Shown here in pieces: positions 10,971-21,274 of a DNA stretch of 64,000 nt; the first letter of the stretch is position 1; each line of letters begins with the position of its first letter. Under the pieces are notes generated by a model. The model did not search any database, was not told the DNA's origin, and saw only the letters and a program-made list of their open reading frames with translations. The position numbers and the translations under genes are program-made. The stretch lies in contig DASQMM010000267.1 of NCBI GenBank assembly GCA_035645495.1, positions 1,015-65,014 of the forward strand. Reading direction: 5' to 3'. This DNA is from Brevibacillus sp. Its GTDB lineage: Bacteria > Bacillota > Bacilli > Brevibacillales > Brevibacillaceae.

Positions 10971-11064
10971 ATTGTTCCAATATGGAACGGTTCGTGCTCC
11001 GCTTCGGAACAGTGTATCCCGCTTTATGTCTTGAAAACCGTATATTCGTGGTACTTGTGGCTGG

Positions 11065-11080
11065 TGGCATAGGATTTGCT
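11065..11080 (+). promoter_or_regulatory. sigma54 promoter of the decayed ALDH locus
   Basis: TGGCATAGGATTTGCT, a near-consensus -24/-12 element. Confidence 0.75.
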
Positions 11081-11099
11081 GAATAACGGGGTGAAAGGC

Positions 11100-11515
11100 A
11101 CAACGGCAGCAGGCAACTGCGTCGTCCTGAAGCCAGCAGAACAAACTCCTGCCTCCATCCTGGTGCTGATGGAATTGATCGGCGACCTGCTACCGGCCGG
11201 AGTTGTCAACGTCGTCAACGGCTTCGGTCTCGAAGCGGGAAAGCCTCTCGCGTCCAGCAGCCGAATCGCCAAGATTGCATTTACGGGTGAGACCACCACA
11301 GGCCACCTGATCATGTGCCATCCGCTGGGCGAGTTCCTCGTCGGGGATCAAGATGTGCTCCTGGGTGAGATCGGCGGATGCCCGTTTTATACGAGTACTG
11401 GAAGCACACCCAATTGATCATCGACGTGGTGGAGTGGCGGGGAGGCATGTTCTCGCTAGAAGGGCCAGAGGGCTTGCGTTTTCTTACCCGTTCACGCCTG
11501 TTTCCTGATTCTTGA
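11100..11515 (+). pseudogene. Fused remnants of an AldB/AcoD-type aldehyde dehydrogenase and a DUF779-family gene
   Basis: [13 protein letters not shown]...[11 protein letters not shown] (internal ALDH piece) joined to [26 protein letters not shown], then a frameshift to [14 protein letters not shown]...GGMFSLEGPEGLRFLTRSRLF* (DUF779-like). Confidence 0.8.
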
Positions 11516-11540
11516 ACAGCGAGGGACAGACTGATAACAC

Positions 11541-11581
11541 AAAAGACCGTCTTGACCTGTATGTATAGGTCAAGACGGTCT
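11541..11581. terminator. Intrinsic terminator between convergent loci
   Basis: AGACCGTCTTGACCT...AGGTCAAGACGGTCT 15-bp stem. Confidence 0.8.
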
Positions 11582-11603
11582 ATTTCCATTTTGTGTAAAA
11601 CTG

Positions 11604-12929
11604 TTAGCGTGATCGCGTTTGGGCATTTCGCTTCGCAGGACGCTCCGATCCTCCGGCCTGATCTCTCTTTTTATGACCCTGGCGTCTGCTGTCAGATTTA
11701 CTCCTCGTGCCGCCTTGACCCCGAACCGAATGCCGCCCCTTCTCTTTTACCTGTTCCGCTTTTGCTCCTCTTTGTCCGCGTGGTTCCCGACCTGTCTGCT
11801 CTTTCTTGGACTGAGCCGTCTCTATTCGCTTTTTTTCGAGGGGCATACGAATTCCTGACTCGATCATATCTAGATGCATACGGTCTTTGGGGGCAAACAA
11901 GGTGATCGCGACCCCCTGCTCACCCGCTCTGCCTGTTCGGCCGATCCGATGAATATAGCTCTCCACATCGTGCGGAATGTCGTAATTAAATACATGTGTG
12001 ACACCCTCCACATCGAGACCCCTCGCCGCTACGTCCGTCGCCACCAGCAATTGGAGCCTGGCCTCGCGAAACCGCTTCATCACGTCTTCGCGCTTGGCTT
12101 GTGACAAGTCTCCGTGAAGCTCGTCCGACAGATACCCGTACCCCTGCAAAGCAGCATTCAAGGCACTGGCCCGTCGCTTGGTCCGGCAAAAGATGACTGC
12201 CATGAACGGACGATGCTGTTCGATCAGCTCCCGGAGAGTAACCTGCTTGGCCCTGTCTGTCGTCTCCACTGCAATTTGGCGAATATCCTTGAGCGTAATT
12301 TGCTTGCCCTGCACGCGGACATCTTCCGGGTTGCGCATGTACCGCTTCGCCAGCGAACGCACCTGTGCCGGCATCGTTGCAGAAAAAAGCATCGTTTGCC
12401 GATCCCCTGAGGTACAGCCGATAATTTCCTCCACCTCTGGCAAAAAGCCCATGTGCAGCATCTGATCCGCTTCATCCAGCACCAGCATCGATACCGTCGA
12501 AAGCTCAATCGTTCCCCGCCGCAGATGGTCCAGCAAGCGCCCCGGCGTCGCGATCACGATTTGCTTCTTGCCTCGCAGCTTTTTCATTTGCCGCTCGACA
12601 TCCTGCCCTCCGTATACCGCCAGCACATGGATGTCGTCCAGTTGAGCCAACAGCTTTTTGGCTTCCGTGGTTATTTGCAGGGCTAGCTCCCGGGTCGGCG
12701 TCAAAATCAGGGCTTGCACATGCTCGACATGCGGATCAGCTTTTTTTAGAATCGGCAAAAGAAAAGCGAGTGTCTTGCCCGTACCCGTCTGTGCCTGTGC
12801 GATCACATCTTTTCCCGCCAACAGCAATGGAATTGCCTTTTCCTGGACAGGCGTTGCTTCCGTGATGCCATTTGCTTTTAATGTATCATGAAGGGGTAAA
12901 CCAATTCCCAGTGACAAAAATGTAGCCAG
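11604..12929 (-). CDS. DEAD-box RNA helicase
   Basis: Q motif, [21 protein letters not shown] and HRIGRTGR motifs, basic tail; start probably CTG at 12929, 7 nt after AAAGGAGG. Confidence 0.93.
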   Translation of the reverse strand: MATFLSLGIGLPLHDTLKANGITEATPVQEKAIPLLLAGKDVIAQAQTGTGKTLAFLLPILKKADPHVEHVQALILTPTRELALQITTEAKKLLAQLDDIHVLAVYGGQDVERQMKKLRGKKQIVIATPGRLLDHLRRGTIELSTVSMLVLDEADQMLHMGFLPEVEEIIGCTSGDRQTMLFSATMPAQVRSLAKRYMRNPEDVRVQGKQITLKDIRQIAVETTDRAKQVTLRELIEQHRPFMAVIFCRTKRRASALNAALQGYGYLSDELHGDLSQAKREDVMKRFREARLQLLVATDVAARGLDVEGVTHVFNYDIPHDVESYIHRIGRTGRAGEQGVAITLFAPKDRMHLDMIESGIRMPLEKKRIETAQSKKEQTGREPRGQRGAKAEQVKEKGRHSVRGQGGTRSKSDSRRQGHKKRDQAGGSERPAKRNAQTRSR

Positions 12930-12942
12930 AACGTTTCCTCCT

Positions 12943-13563
12943 TTAGTGGTCAGCTTTGGTGCAAACTGCGATGCCGATAAAATAGCGCACACCATCCCGC
13001 GGCTTCTCAAACGTCACGCCGCGCTGGTAGTAAATCTCCTTTTCAGCAAAACGGTCAAACAGCTCTTCGAATTCGGCCGGCGTCAATTGATGGACGTGAA
13101 AAGGCTCGCTTGTAGGCATCCCGCGTCCTCGCCCAAATGGACTGGACAAGACCAGCTTTCCGCCGGGCTTCAGCATCTGATAGAGATTGTCCATAAAAAG
13201 GCGGTCATCGGCTACATGCTCAATCGTCTCAAAGCTCAAGATCGTATCGAACATCCCCAGCTTCCCGGGCAAATCCGGATCGAGCGCATCGGCATGTTGA
13301 TAGACGATCTTTTGGTGGTGATACTCCCGATTGGCATAATCAATGGTATCTTTATCGTTATCTACAGCAACGAGCTGGATCAGTTCGCGCTTGCGTTCCT
13401 TGGCGACCATATGACTGCCGTAGCCTGCGCCGCATGCGATGTCCAACACTCTGCCATGGATGTACGGAGTCGCAAAATAATAGCGGGCGATGTGCTCCAG
13501 CAACATGCCGTTCGTCGGTTTCAGCAGCTTGGGAATGATTCGTTCCCCCGTCCATTCGAGCAA
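12943..13563 (-). CDS. Class I SAM-dependent methyltransferase
   Basis: [18 protein letters not shown] and LKPGG motifs. Confidence 0.88.
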   Translation of the reverse strand: MLEWTGERIIPKLLKPTNGMLLEHIARYYFATPYIHGRVLDIACGAGYGSHMVAKERKRELIQLVAVDNDKDTIDYANREYHHQKIVYQHADALDPDLPGKLGMFDTILSFETIEHVADDRLFMDNLYQMLKPGGKLVLSSPFGRGRGMPTSEPFHVHQLTPAEFEELFDRFAEKEIYYQRGVTFEKPRDGVRYFIGIAVCTKADH

Positions 13564-13663
13564 TCATGATCACCACGTTCCTTTGAGTTTCTTCACCAAT
13601 CTTACCTTATTGGGATATCACATGGAAAGAAAACAGGCTGCCGTGATGCCACCAACGAGATTC

Positions 13664-13680
13664 GTAAGAAATTTGTAAGA
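13664..13680 (+). promoter_or_regulatory. Direct repeat, candidate OmpR-family binding site
   Basis: GTAAGA-N5-GTAAGA (11-bp period) upstream of the response regulator. Confidence 0.5.
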
Positions 13681-13751
13681 GTTTTCTCCACTATTTTGTT
13701 AATGCTGATCGCTAAGATAAAAACCATGAGTATAGACAGGTGGGAGGTTGT

Positions 13752-14444
13752 ATGAAAAGCTATCACGTGCTCGTCGTCGATGACGAAGCAGAAATCCGCG
13801 ATGCAATTGAGATTTACTTGAAAAACGAAGGAATGACCGTCTTCAAAGCAGGAAATGGCCTGGAAGCTCTCGCCATTTTGGAGGAAGAGGACATTCATCT
13901 GATCATCCTAGACATCATGATGCCCAAAATGGATGGAATTACCGCAACCTTCAAGATCAGGCAAGAGAAAAACATCCCGATTATCATGCTCTCTGCCAAG
14001 TCGGAGGATACCGACAAGATCCTTGGACTAAACATCGGGGCAGATGATTACGTCACGAAGCCTTTTCAACCCTTGGAACTGGTAGCCAGAGCCAAGTCGC
14101 AGCTGCGGCGCTACACCAATCTGGGGCACTACAAGGAAAACCAGGATGAAATCAGTGTTCGTGGATTGACCTTGAACAAACTGACCAAATCCGTCACCGT
14201 AGACGACAATGAAGTACGCCTGACTGCCACAGAGTACAAGATTCTGGAATTACTGATGAGTCATACTGGCCGGGTGTTCTCCATTGAGGAAATCTACGAA
14301 CGCGTCTGGAAAGAACCCTATCTAAACGCCGAAAATACAGTAGCTGTCCACGTCCGTCGCATCCGCGAGAAAATCGAGATCAACCCAAGAGAACCAAAAT
14401 ACTTGAAAGTGGTGTGGGGAATTGGATACAAAATTGAAAAATAA
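13752..14444 (+). CDS. OmpR/PhoB-family response regulator
   Basis: VVDD, LDIMMP, KPF and winged-helix VWGIGY motifs. Confidence 0.95.
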   Translation: MKSYHVLVVDDEAEIRDAIEIYLKNEGMTVFKAGNGLEALAILEEEDIHLIILDIMMPKMDGITATFKIRQEKNIPIIMLSAKSEDTDKILGLNIGADDYVTKPFQPLELVARAKSQLRRYTNLGHYKENQDEISVRGLTLNKLTKSVTVDDNEVRLTATEYKILELLMSHTGRVFSIEEIYERVWKEPYLNAENTVAVHVRRIREKIEINPREPKYLKVVWGIGYKIEK

Positions 14445-16662
14445 ACGCTACGTCGCGCTTGCCCTGCTTGGCTTTGTCCTTGTGACCACCCTCCTTGCGC
14501 TAACCGTCGCCAATCTCTACGATAACCGTCGCTTTCTGGACAAGGACTATTTCATTAGCAGGAACAGTAATCTAATCTCCGAGGAATTGGCGACTGTCGC
14601 TCGGTTAATCAAGCAGGTCCATGTAGACTATGCCGACTACTCTACCAAATCCGCACAGCAAAAGCTCGATAGTGATTGGCTGTCTGAACTCAATCAAGAG
14701 CGAGAACATCAGCTCGAACAAATAAAGTCTGAACTAGACGAAGAATACAACCAGCGAATAGAGGAAGCACGCACAGCAGGCAATGATAGCCAAGTTTCCT
14801 TGCTTCAAGCGGAAAAAGAAAACAAACGTCTCAGCAGGGAAAGACAGATTAAGGCCGATTACGATGCAAAGATGAAGGAGAGCGTCGCTGCTCGTGATCA
14901 GGAATACGAGGCAGTCAAATTCAATTTACTTCTTCGTGACGGCACTTTTAAATACGCCATTCAGGATAAGAAAAACAATAAAGTCTATACCAATTTGGAC
15001 CATGAGCCTACTGACACTGAGCTCAGACAAAGCGCACTGATCTCCGTCAAAGTTCCCCAGCCAAAAGGGGAGCGAAGCTGGGGACTGAACCGTTTTTTTC
15101 AGCAAAACCAATGGGAAGGACTTATCTATATACCTCGGGAAGCTGATCCTTATGAAACTTCTCTTCCCAACCAGTTTGAATCTGGAGAATTCGATTACGG
15201 GGGCTATTACAATCAGATCATAGATGACGTCACTTATTATCAGTCCATTCACGATCGATTGTTGAAAGAAATTGTCTTATTGGTATTGTTTCTCTTCCTG
15301 GCAGCTGGACTCTTCTGGTATTTGAAAAAGAACCAGGCACTGGAACATCCTTTGATCACGAAAAGTCAGACCATCTTTCGCAGCATCCCAATGGACATCC
15401 GGCTTGTTTCGCTCTTGCCAGCAGGATTGTTTTATCTGATCTACTCCTTGGAGGCCAACTTTTTCGCGTTCCCCATTGGTTTTGGTCAAATCTTTACCCT
15501 TGTCGTGATGGCGCCGTTCACTGCCTATTTTCTTTTGTTCGTGATAGAAGCATGGGTCATGGTCAAGCAACCAGAGACCTTTACCCAGCAATGGCACAAT
15601 AGTATCAGCCTGAAAATCCTTGCGGTCCTTCGAGACAGCTTTTCCGACAAAGGAATGTTTTTCAAGCTCGCGACGATCTTTATCCTTACGATTGGATTTT
15701 GTGTCGCTGCGGGCACTGGTTTGATCTACTTCGTGAAAAGGGATCTGGAGCCTTTTCTCCTCGCGTTTTTTTATTGCGTGTTCTACGTCTTGTTCGTACT
15801 GCCCTATATCCTGCGCCGAATCGCATTGTTGAACCGGATCACGCGCGGGGTCGAACAGATGTCTGCCGGGAATTTCGATGTCGTGATTGACGCTGGAAAG
15901 ACCAAAGGCAAGCTGGCTAGCACTGCTCATTCCCTGAACAATCTCCAGCAGGGGGTCAAACGCTCTCTCGACAACCAGATGAAAAGCGAGCGGCTCAAGT
16001 CCGAGCTGATCACCAATGTATCCCATGATTTGAAAACACCGCTAACTTCCATCGTCAATTATGTCGACTTGCTGAAACGGGAGGATTTGGCCACAGAGAC
16101 ACGCAAGGAGTACGTACACATTCTCGAACGGAAGACTGATCGGCTGAAAGCGCTGATCGATGATCTTTTCGAAGCGGCCAAGATGTCGAGCGGTTCCGTC
16201 GAATTAAATATTGAGCAAGTAAATGTAGCCGCTCTGGTAAAACAGGCCCTGGCTGAGTTCAACGATAAAATCGAGCAATCTTCGCTTACCTTCCGAACCA
16301 ATATTGAAGATGGCAAGATTTACGCTCCGCTGGATGGCAAGAAAACCTGGCGCGTCTTTGAAAATCTGATCAGCAATGCATTGAAGTACTCGCTCCCCAA
16401 CACACGGGTGTATGTCGATTTGACCGAATCTGCGGATAAAGTACGATTCACGATCAAGAATGTGTCCGCCTACGAGATCAACTTCGACGCCGCGGAGTTG
16501 TTTGAACGCTTCAAACGCGCGGATGAATCCCGCAATACCGAAGGCTCCGGTCTGGGCCTTGCAATTGCCAAGAGCATCGTCGAACTGCAAGGCGGAAAGC
16601 TGTTTATCGAAATTGACGGAGACTACTTCAAAGTTATTGTCGAGTTCACTCGTTACCGTTAA
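14422..16662 (+). CDS. Sensor histidine kinase (large extracellular region, multiple TMs, HAMP)
   Basis: SHDLKTPL H-box, NALKY and GSGLGL motifs; overlaps the regulator's stop. Confidence 0.93.
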   Translation: MDTKLKNKRYVALALLGFVLVTTLLALTVANLYDNRRFLDKDYFISRNSNLISEELATVARLIKQVHVDYADYSTKSAQQKLDSDWLSELNQEREHQLEQIKSELDEEYNQRIEEARTAGNDSQVSLLQAEKENKRLSRERQIKADYDAKMKESVAARDQEYEAVKFNLLLRDGTFKYAIQDKKNNKVYTNLDHEPTDTELRQSALISVKVPQPKGERSWGLNRFFQQNQWEGLIYIPREADPYETSLPNQFESGEFDYGGYYNQIIDDVTYYQSIHDRLLKEIVLLVLFLFLAAGLFWYLKKNQALEHPLITKSQTIFRSIPMDIRLVSLLPAGLFYLIYSLEANFFAFPIGFGQIFTLVVMAPFTAYFLLFVIEAWVMVKQPETFTQQWHNSISLKILAVLRDSFSDKGMFFKLATIFILTIGFCVAAGTGLIYFVKRDLEPFLLAFFYCVFYVLFVLPYILRRIALLNRITRGVEQMSAGNFDVVIDAGKTKGKLASTAHSLNNLQQGVKRSLDNQMKSERLKSELITNVSHDLKTPLTSIVNYVDLLKREDLATETRKEYVHILERKTDRLKALIDDLFEAAKMSSGSVELNIEQVNVAALVKQALAEFNDKIEQSSLTFRTNIEDGKIYAPLDGKKTWRVFENLISNALKYSLPNTRVYVDLTESADKVRFTIKNVSAYEINFDAAELFERFKRADESRNTEGSGLGLAIAKSIVELQGGKLFIEIDGDYFKVIVEFTRYR

Positions 16663-16663
16663 G

Positions 16664-16710
16664 AAAAAAGCCAATCATCCGGGAAACTCCCTTCCCGATG
16701 ATTGGCTTTT
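16664..16710. terminator. Bidirectional intrinsic terminator
   Basis: AAAAGCCAATCATC...GATGATTGGCTTTT between convergent genes. Confidence 0.8.
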
Positions 16711-16713
16711 CTG

Positions 16714-16977
16714 CTACATCGCAAATTCGCGCTGAAACAGCTTTTGGACCTCCGCCGCCGCAGCTTCTTCATCAATGCCGTCGATCTCGAAGACGACTTC
16801 ATCTCCTGTTTTTACCCCCAAAGCCATTACGCTAAGGATGCTTTTTCCATTTGCCTGCTTTTGATCGAAAATGATTTTGACTGTCGAGCTGAATTGGTTC
16901 AACTGATGAACGAGCACCGATGCTGGCCGGGCGTGCAGTCCACCGCTGATGGTTACTTTTTCCGAAAATCGAATCAT
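16714..16977 (-). CDS. HPr-family phosphocarrier
   Basis: GLHARPA (His15) and KSIL (Ser46) motifs. Confidence 0.9.
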   Translation of the reverse strand: MIRFSEKVTISGGLHARPASVLVHQLNQFSSTVKIIFDQKQANGKSILSVMALGVKTGDEVVFEIDGIDEEAAAAEVQKLFQREFAM

Positions 16978-17001
16978 TCCATCTCTCCACCCCTTCCCTA
17001 A

Positions 17002-18324
17002 TCAGATGGTTACCTTGGCAAACTGGGGCAAATAGTCCTTGTGCGCTTCCAGCATCTCATCCAATATCTGTTTGGCTACCCCGTCAGACGGGACGAGCGG
17101 ATTGATTGTCATGGCAAGCAGAGCGAGATGATAGTCCCCCGTAACCGCCGCTTCTGCTGCCACTCTTTCGAATGATTTGATCTGCTGCACCAGTCCCCGA
17201 ACCGCCACAGGCAGATCACCTACCGCCAAGGGGATCGGCCCTTCTTTGGTGATCACGCAGTTTACCTCCACTGCCGAGTCGTCGGGAATGCTGGCAATAG
17301 CGCCGTTGTTGCGCACATTTACCGGCTGGATGTCCCGTCTGTCGTTGTAGATGGAATGAATCAGATTGCATGCTGCTTCGCTGTAATAGGCTCCTCCGCG
17401 TTTTTCCAATTGCGGTGGTTTGACCGCCAATTCAGGATCTTCGTAGAGCTTGAACAATTCCGCTTCTACTTTTTTGACCACCTCTGCCCGGGTCCCGTCT
17501 TTTTCCGCTGCCTCCAATTCATGCTCCAACATCGTTTTTGTCTGGTAGTAGTAGCGGTGATACGGGCAAGGCAGGATTCCCAAGGCCTTGATAAAATCCT
17601 TCTCCCAGCCCAGATCGAGGATGTTTTGCATCGTAATTCCCGATTGTTCGCTGCACAGCTTTTCGATCACCTGGTCCGTTACATTTTCTCCGTCCACATA
17701 GACATCTGTGCCGTATACCATGTGATTCAAGCCAGCGAATGTAATATGCACGCGAGCTTGATCTACCCCGAGGATGGAGGCTACGCCCATCTTCATGCCG
17801 ATCGGTACGTTGCACAAACCGATAACCTTCCTGCGATTGGTATAGCGCAAGACCGCTTCCGTAACCATTCCGGCCGGATTGGTGAAGTTGATCAGCCAGG
17901 CATCCGGACAAAGCTCCTCCATATCACGGCAGATCTCCAGGATGACAGGTATCGTTCGCAAGCCTTTAAACAAGCCGCCAGGTCCATTGGTCTCCTGCCC
18001 GATTACTCCGTATTTGAGCGGAATTTTCTCATCCAGAATGCGTGCATCCAACTGTCCGACACGGATTTGCGTCGTGACAAAATCAGCATCCTTCAACGCC
18101 TCGCGCCGATCCAGCGTCAGGTGAATATCGATGGGAACCCCTGCCTTTTCCACCATGCGCTTCGCTAGCGCTCCTACCGTCTGCAGCTTTTTTTCTCCTG
18201 CCGGGACGTCGACCAGCCATAGCTCGCGAACAGGTAACTCATCATAACGCTTGATGAAGCCTTCCACCAGCTCCGGAGTATAGCTGGAGCCTCCTCCTAT
18301 CGTTACAATTTTGATTCCACTCAT
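17002..18324 (-). CDS. licH: 6-phospho-beta-glucosidase, GH4 (LicH/ChbF)
   Basis: GGGSSYTPE, GQETNGPGG, NFTNP, GLCN and GLNH motifs. Confidence 0.92.
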   Translation of the reverse strand: MSGIKIVTIGGGSSYTPELVEGFIKRYDELPVRELWLVDVPAGEKKLQTVGALAKRMVEKAGVPIDIHLTLDRREALKDADFVTTQIRVGQLDARILDEKIPLKYGVIGQETNGPGGLFKGLRTIPVILEICRDMEELCPDAWLINFTNPAGMVTEAVLRYTNRRKVIGLCNVPIGMKMGVASILGVDQARVHITFAGLNHMVYGTDVYVDGENVTDQVIEKLCSEQSGITMQNILDLGWEKDFIKALGILPCPYHRYYYQTKTMLEHELEAAEKDGTRAEVVKKVEAELFKLYEDPELAVKPPQLEKRGGAYYSEAACNLIHSIYNDRRDIQPVNVRNNGAIASIPDDSAVEVNCVITKEGPIPLAVGDLPVAVRGLVQQIKSFERVAAEAAVTGDYHLALLAMTINPLVPSDGVAKQILDEMLEAHKDYLPQFAKVTI

Positions 18325-18647
18325 ACGCCTGCCCCCTTGCTTTGATGAATTTGGCCGTACATCTCGACGAATTCGGCTGCCAAATCTTTGATCGTCATCG
18401 CGTTCATCAGATGGTCCTGGGCATGAATCAGCAGCATGCTCAACTCCAGCTTGTCGCCTGCAACTTCTTTTTGAATCAATGCCGTTTGGTTGTGATGGGC
18501 TTTTGTCAGTTCATCCGCTGCACGCTCGAGTGCCTGCTGCGCACCGGACATGTCTTTGTTCTTGGCGAGAGCAATCGCTTCCATCGCCAGACTTCGCGCA
18601 TTGCCCCCGTGCAGGATGAGTTGAAAGATCGCTTCCGTATGGTCCAT
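18321..18647 (-). CDS. licA: PTS cellobiose/chitobiose IIA
   Basis: GNARS and HAQDHLM motifs. Confidence 0.92.
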   Translation of the reverse strand: MDHTEAIFQLILHGGNARSLAMEAIALAKNKDMSGAQQALERAADELTKAHHNQTALIQKEVAGDKLELSMLLIHAQDHLMNAMTIKDLAAEFVEMYGQIHQSKGAGV

Positions 18648-18659
18648 ATCTATCTCCAC

Positions 18660-19400
18660 CTATCGAATGTCATGAAAAGTGACGAGCTGTACGCCTTTTT
18701 TCTCCAGATACTCGCTTACTTGTTTGGAAGTTAAAATCTTCAGTTCCTTCGTCCGGGGCAGATGATAGCTGCTGCCCGTCAACACCTCATCATCGAGATA
18801 TGCAGGGTGAGTCATGATTTCCGCAGTCGCACATCCGCCCAATTCATCTACAATCTCGCAGAATAAGTCAGCGGAAAGTTGATCGCCATAGAAACGGTGC
18901 GAGAAACCCTCTGTCGTGATACTCTCCTGTTTCTGTCCTTCCCCTGCAAGCGTCCAGGGATTGCGGATCGGCACCTGATAGCGTTCGGCCAATTGAAGGA
19001 CGATTGGCAAAACAGCCTCATGGGCGTGAACATGGTGGTGGCTATCCAGATGGGACAACGGCAACCCGCTCTGCAAGAAACGCTCAATCTGGGCCACAAA
19101 CTCCCGCTCTATATCCTCTGGCGAAGCGTCCATCAGATGATGGCTCCCGCGAAGGAACGCTCCGGTCCGATCCGTCAGGGAAGGCACCTCGGGGTGGACC
19201 GCACTTCCACATGTCAATACGAGATGGACCCCCACCCCCAGCTTGGGATTCTCCTTGGAGAGTTGGACTGCATGCTCAAAGCCGGGCATATTCACCATCA
19301 TCGTTGCAGAGGAAACCACACCATTGACGTACGCTTCCACGATTCCCAAATTGACACCTTTGGAATAGCCAAAATCATCTGCATTCACTATCAGTTTCAT
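18660..19400 (-). CDS. chbG: Chitooligosaccharide deacetylase (ChbG/YdjC)
   Basis: NADDFG, HLDSHHHVH and EIMTHP motifs. Confidence 0.9.
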   Translation of the reverse strand: MKLIVNADDFGYSKGVNLGIVEAYVNGVVSSATMMVNMPGFEHAVQLSKENPKLGVGVHLVLTCGSAVHPEVPSLTDRTGAFLRGSHHLMDASPEDIEREFVAQIERFLQSGLPLSHLDSHHHVHAHEAVLPIVLQLAERYQVPIRNPWTLAGEGQKQESITTEGFSHRFYGDQLSADLFCEIVDELGGCATAEIMTHPAYLDDEVLTGSSYHLPRTKELKILTSKQVSEYLEKKGVQLVTFHDIR

Positions 19401-19423
19401 CGCAAGTCCTTTCTTCTTACAGA

Positions 19424-20773
19424 TTACATGGTGAGGGTTTGGTCCGGATTTTGTGCAGCGCTACCCTGTTCCTCGGCCAGCTTTTTCTTATCCCACATGC
19501 GGAAGAACGGATAGTAGATGATGAGCGAGACAATGAAGTTAAAAGCCTGCAGCACCATCCCCGAGATTTTTCCTCCGGTAGCCAGATATCCGCTGATGAT
19601 CAATGGCGTGGTCCACGGCACCGCCACACCGCTCGGCTTCGCAACCAATCCTGTAGACATCGCGAAGTAGCTGATGATGACGAGGACGACAGGCGCCAGG
19701 ATGAAGGGAATGATCAGCAGGGGATTCATGACGATTGGCATCCCAAACGTCACAGGCTCATTAATATTGAACAGTCCAGGGGCAATGGATAGTCTGCCGA
19801 TATTTTTCATCTGCTGACTCCTTGCCCTCATCAGCATGAGGACGACCAAGGCAAGTGTGGCTCCTGACCCCCCGGCGTAGATCCATAGATCAAAGAACTG
19901 CTGGGTAATGACGTTGGGCAATTCTCCGTTCGGGTCTGCCTGGAATGCCGCCCTGTTCTGATCCATCAAAGAAAGCCAGATCGGACCCAGAACACCGCCT
20001 ACGATCGCTGCTCCATGCAATCCTACCGCCCACAGCATGTGGACCAAGAGAACCGCAATGATCGCTCCAATGAGGCTTCCGCCGAGTGCGTTCAGAGGAA
20101 CGGCGAGAAGATCGGAAACGATGTTGTGGATGCTCTCAAACGAGGTATTCTCCAGCAGAATTCGCAGCAGCCAGACCACCAGCAACACGGCAAAAGCGGG
20201 GATCAAGGCGACAAAAGAACGCGATACTGCCGGAGGGACACCAGCGGGCATCGTAATCACGATATTTTTTTGGATGATTTTGCGATAAATCTCCGTCGAA
20301 ATGATCGCCAGTAGCATCGCGACGAACAAGCCCTGGCTGCCCATCAAAGCCACCGGAATGACCCCGCCTACTTCTACCGCCGCGGAAGCTCCTTCGGGCG
20401 TGAACATGGTCTTATAAGGGGTAGCCAAGAGGAAGGCAGCTACCGATATCGCTCCTGCCGACAAGGGGTCCACTTTATATTTTTCAGCCAGACGGTATGC
20501 CACCCCAAAACTTACGATAAGAGCCATAATGTCAAACGTGGCGTTTACCGGGTACAGCAATTTGGTCAGCCAATTTTCTCCGAACACCGAACTCATAAAG
20601 TCGTTGTAACCTGGAATGGGAAGAAAACCAATGATGAGGAAAAGGGAGCCAATGATCAAAAGTGGCAAGGTCAATATAATCCCGTCGCGGATTGCTTGCA
20701 GATGTTTTTGCTCAGCGATCCTTCCCGCAACAGGCATGACGCGGTTTTCCAAAAACGTAATAAATCCGCCCAT
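19424..20773 (-). CDS. licC: PTS cellobiose/chitobiose IIC
   Basis: AIRDG, GGSGATL and FNINEP motifs. Confidence 0.92.
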   Translation of the reverse strand: MGGFITFLENRVMPVAGRIAEQKHLQAIRDGIILTLPLLIIGSLFLIIGFLPIPGYNDFMSSVFGENWLTKLLYPVNATFDIMALIVSFGVAYRLAEKYKVDPLSAGAISVAAFLLATPYKTMFTPEGASAAVEVGGVIPVALMGSQGLFVAMLLAIISTEIYRKIIQKNIVITMPAGVPPAVSRSFVALIPAFAVLLVVWLLRILLENTSFESIHNIVSDLLAVPLNALGGSLIGAIIAVLLVHMLWAVGLHGAAIVGGVLGPIWLSLMDQNRAAFQADPNGELPNVITQQFFDLWIYAGGSGATLALVVLMLMRARSQQMKNIGRLSIAPGLFNINEPVTFGMPIVMNPLLIIPFILAPVVLVIISYFAMSTGLVAKPSGVAVPWTTPLIISGYLATGGKISGMVLQAFNFIVSLIIYYPFFRMWDKKKLAEEQGSAAQNPDQTLTM

Positions 20774-20785
20774 ACTTACCCTCCT

Positions 20786-21088
20786 CTACTTTTTCAAACC
20801 CATTGCAAACTCCAGTACCTTTTTTCCATTGAGTGTCCCGTAATCCTGCGCTTGAATCACATCGACAGGAATGCCCCTCGCGTCTCCCTCCTTTTTCATC
20901 TCCGCCAGCTTGTAGCGAACTTGAGGTCCGAGCAGGAGTACGTCCGCTTGCCCAATATGCTGCTTGACCTCGCCCGCAGAGACTGCCCAAATTCTTGCCG
21001 CAATCCCTTTTTCTTGCGCCGCCTGCTCCATTCTTTGGACCAACAGGCTTGTCGACATCCCTGCTGCACAACAAAGCAAAATGTTCAC
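20786..21088 (-). CDS. licB: PTS cellobiose/chitobiose IIB
   Basis: CCAAGMSTS and LLGPQV motifs; GTG start after GGGAGGAG. Confidence 0.92.
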   Translation of the reverse strand: MNILLCCAAGMSTSLLVQRMEQAAQEKGIAARIWAVSAGEVKQHIGQADVLLLGPQVRYKLAEMKKEGDARGIPVDVIQAQDYGTLNGKKVLEFAMGLKK

Positions 21089-21123
21089 GTCATCTCCTCC
21101 CTTTCGTATACTCAGGAAAAGAA

Positions 21124-21139
21124 AGCAAGCGCCATGCCA
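21124..21139 (-). promoter_or_regulatory. sigma54 promoter of the PTS operon
   Basis: Minus strand TGGCATGGCGCTTGCT. Confidence 0.85.
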
Positions 21140-21150
21140 AAACACCAAAA

Positions 21151-21164
21151 TGTATGCGCTTTCA
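21151..21164. promoter_or_regulatory. cre site (CcpA)
   Basis: TGAAAGCGCATACA (minus strand) matches the cre consensus; lies between the UAS region and the -24 box. Confidence 0.7.
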
Positions 21165-21188
21165 TAACTGTGGGCTCTCTCTTTCCTT

Positions 21189-21272
21189 CGTGTTTTATGG
21201 AAAACGCTTTTGTGTTTTGTCTTACGGCTGATTTGGAAAAAAATAAAACACTATTCGGGCTAGTGTTTTATC
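21189..21272. promoter_or_regulatory. Candidate activator UAS (repeated GTGTTTT; ATAAAACACTA...TAGTGTTTTAT inverted repeat)
   Basis: Several GTGTTTT copies and a dyad 50-130 bp upstream of the sigma54 promoter. Confidence 0.5.
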
Positions 21273-21274
21273 TT

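Noticed and set aside
10446-11144. 232-aa ORF taken as an intact gene
   Set aside because: Chimeric read-through of antisense ALDH remnant, promoter DNA and activator fragments; treated as a pseudogene
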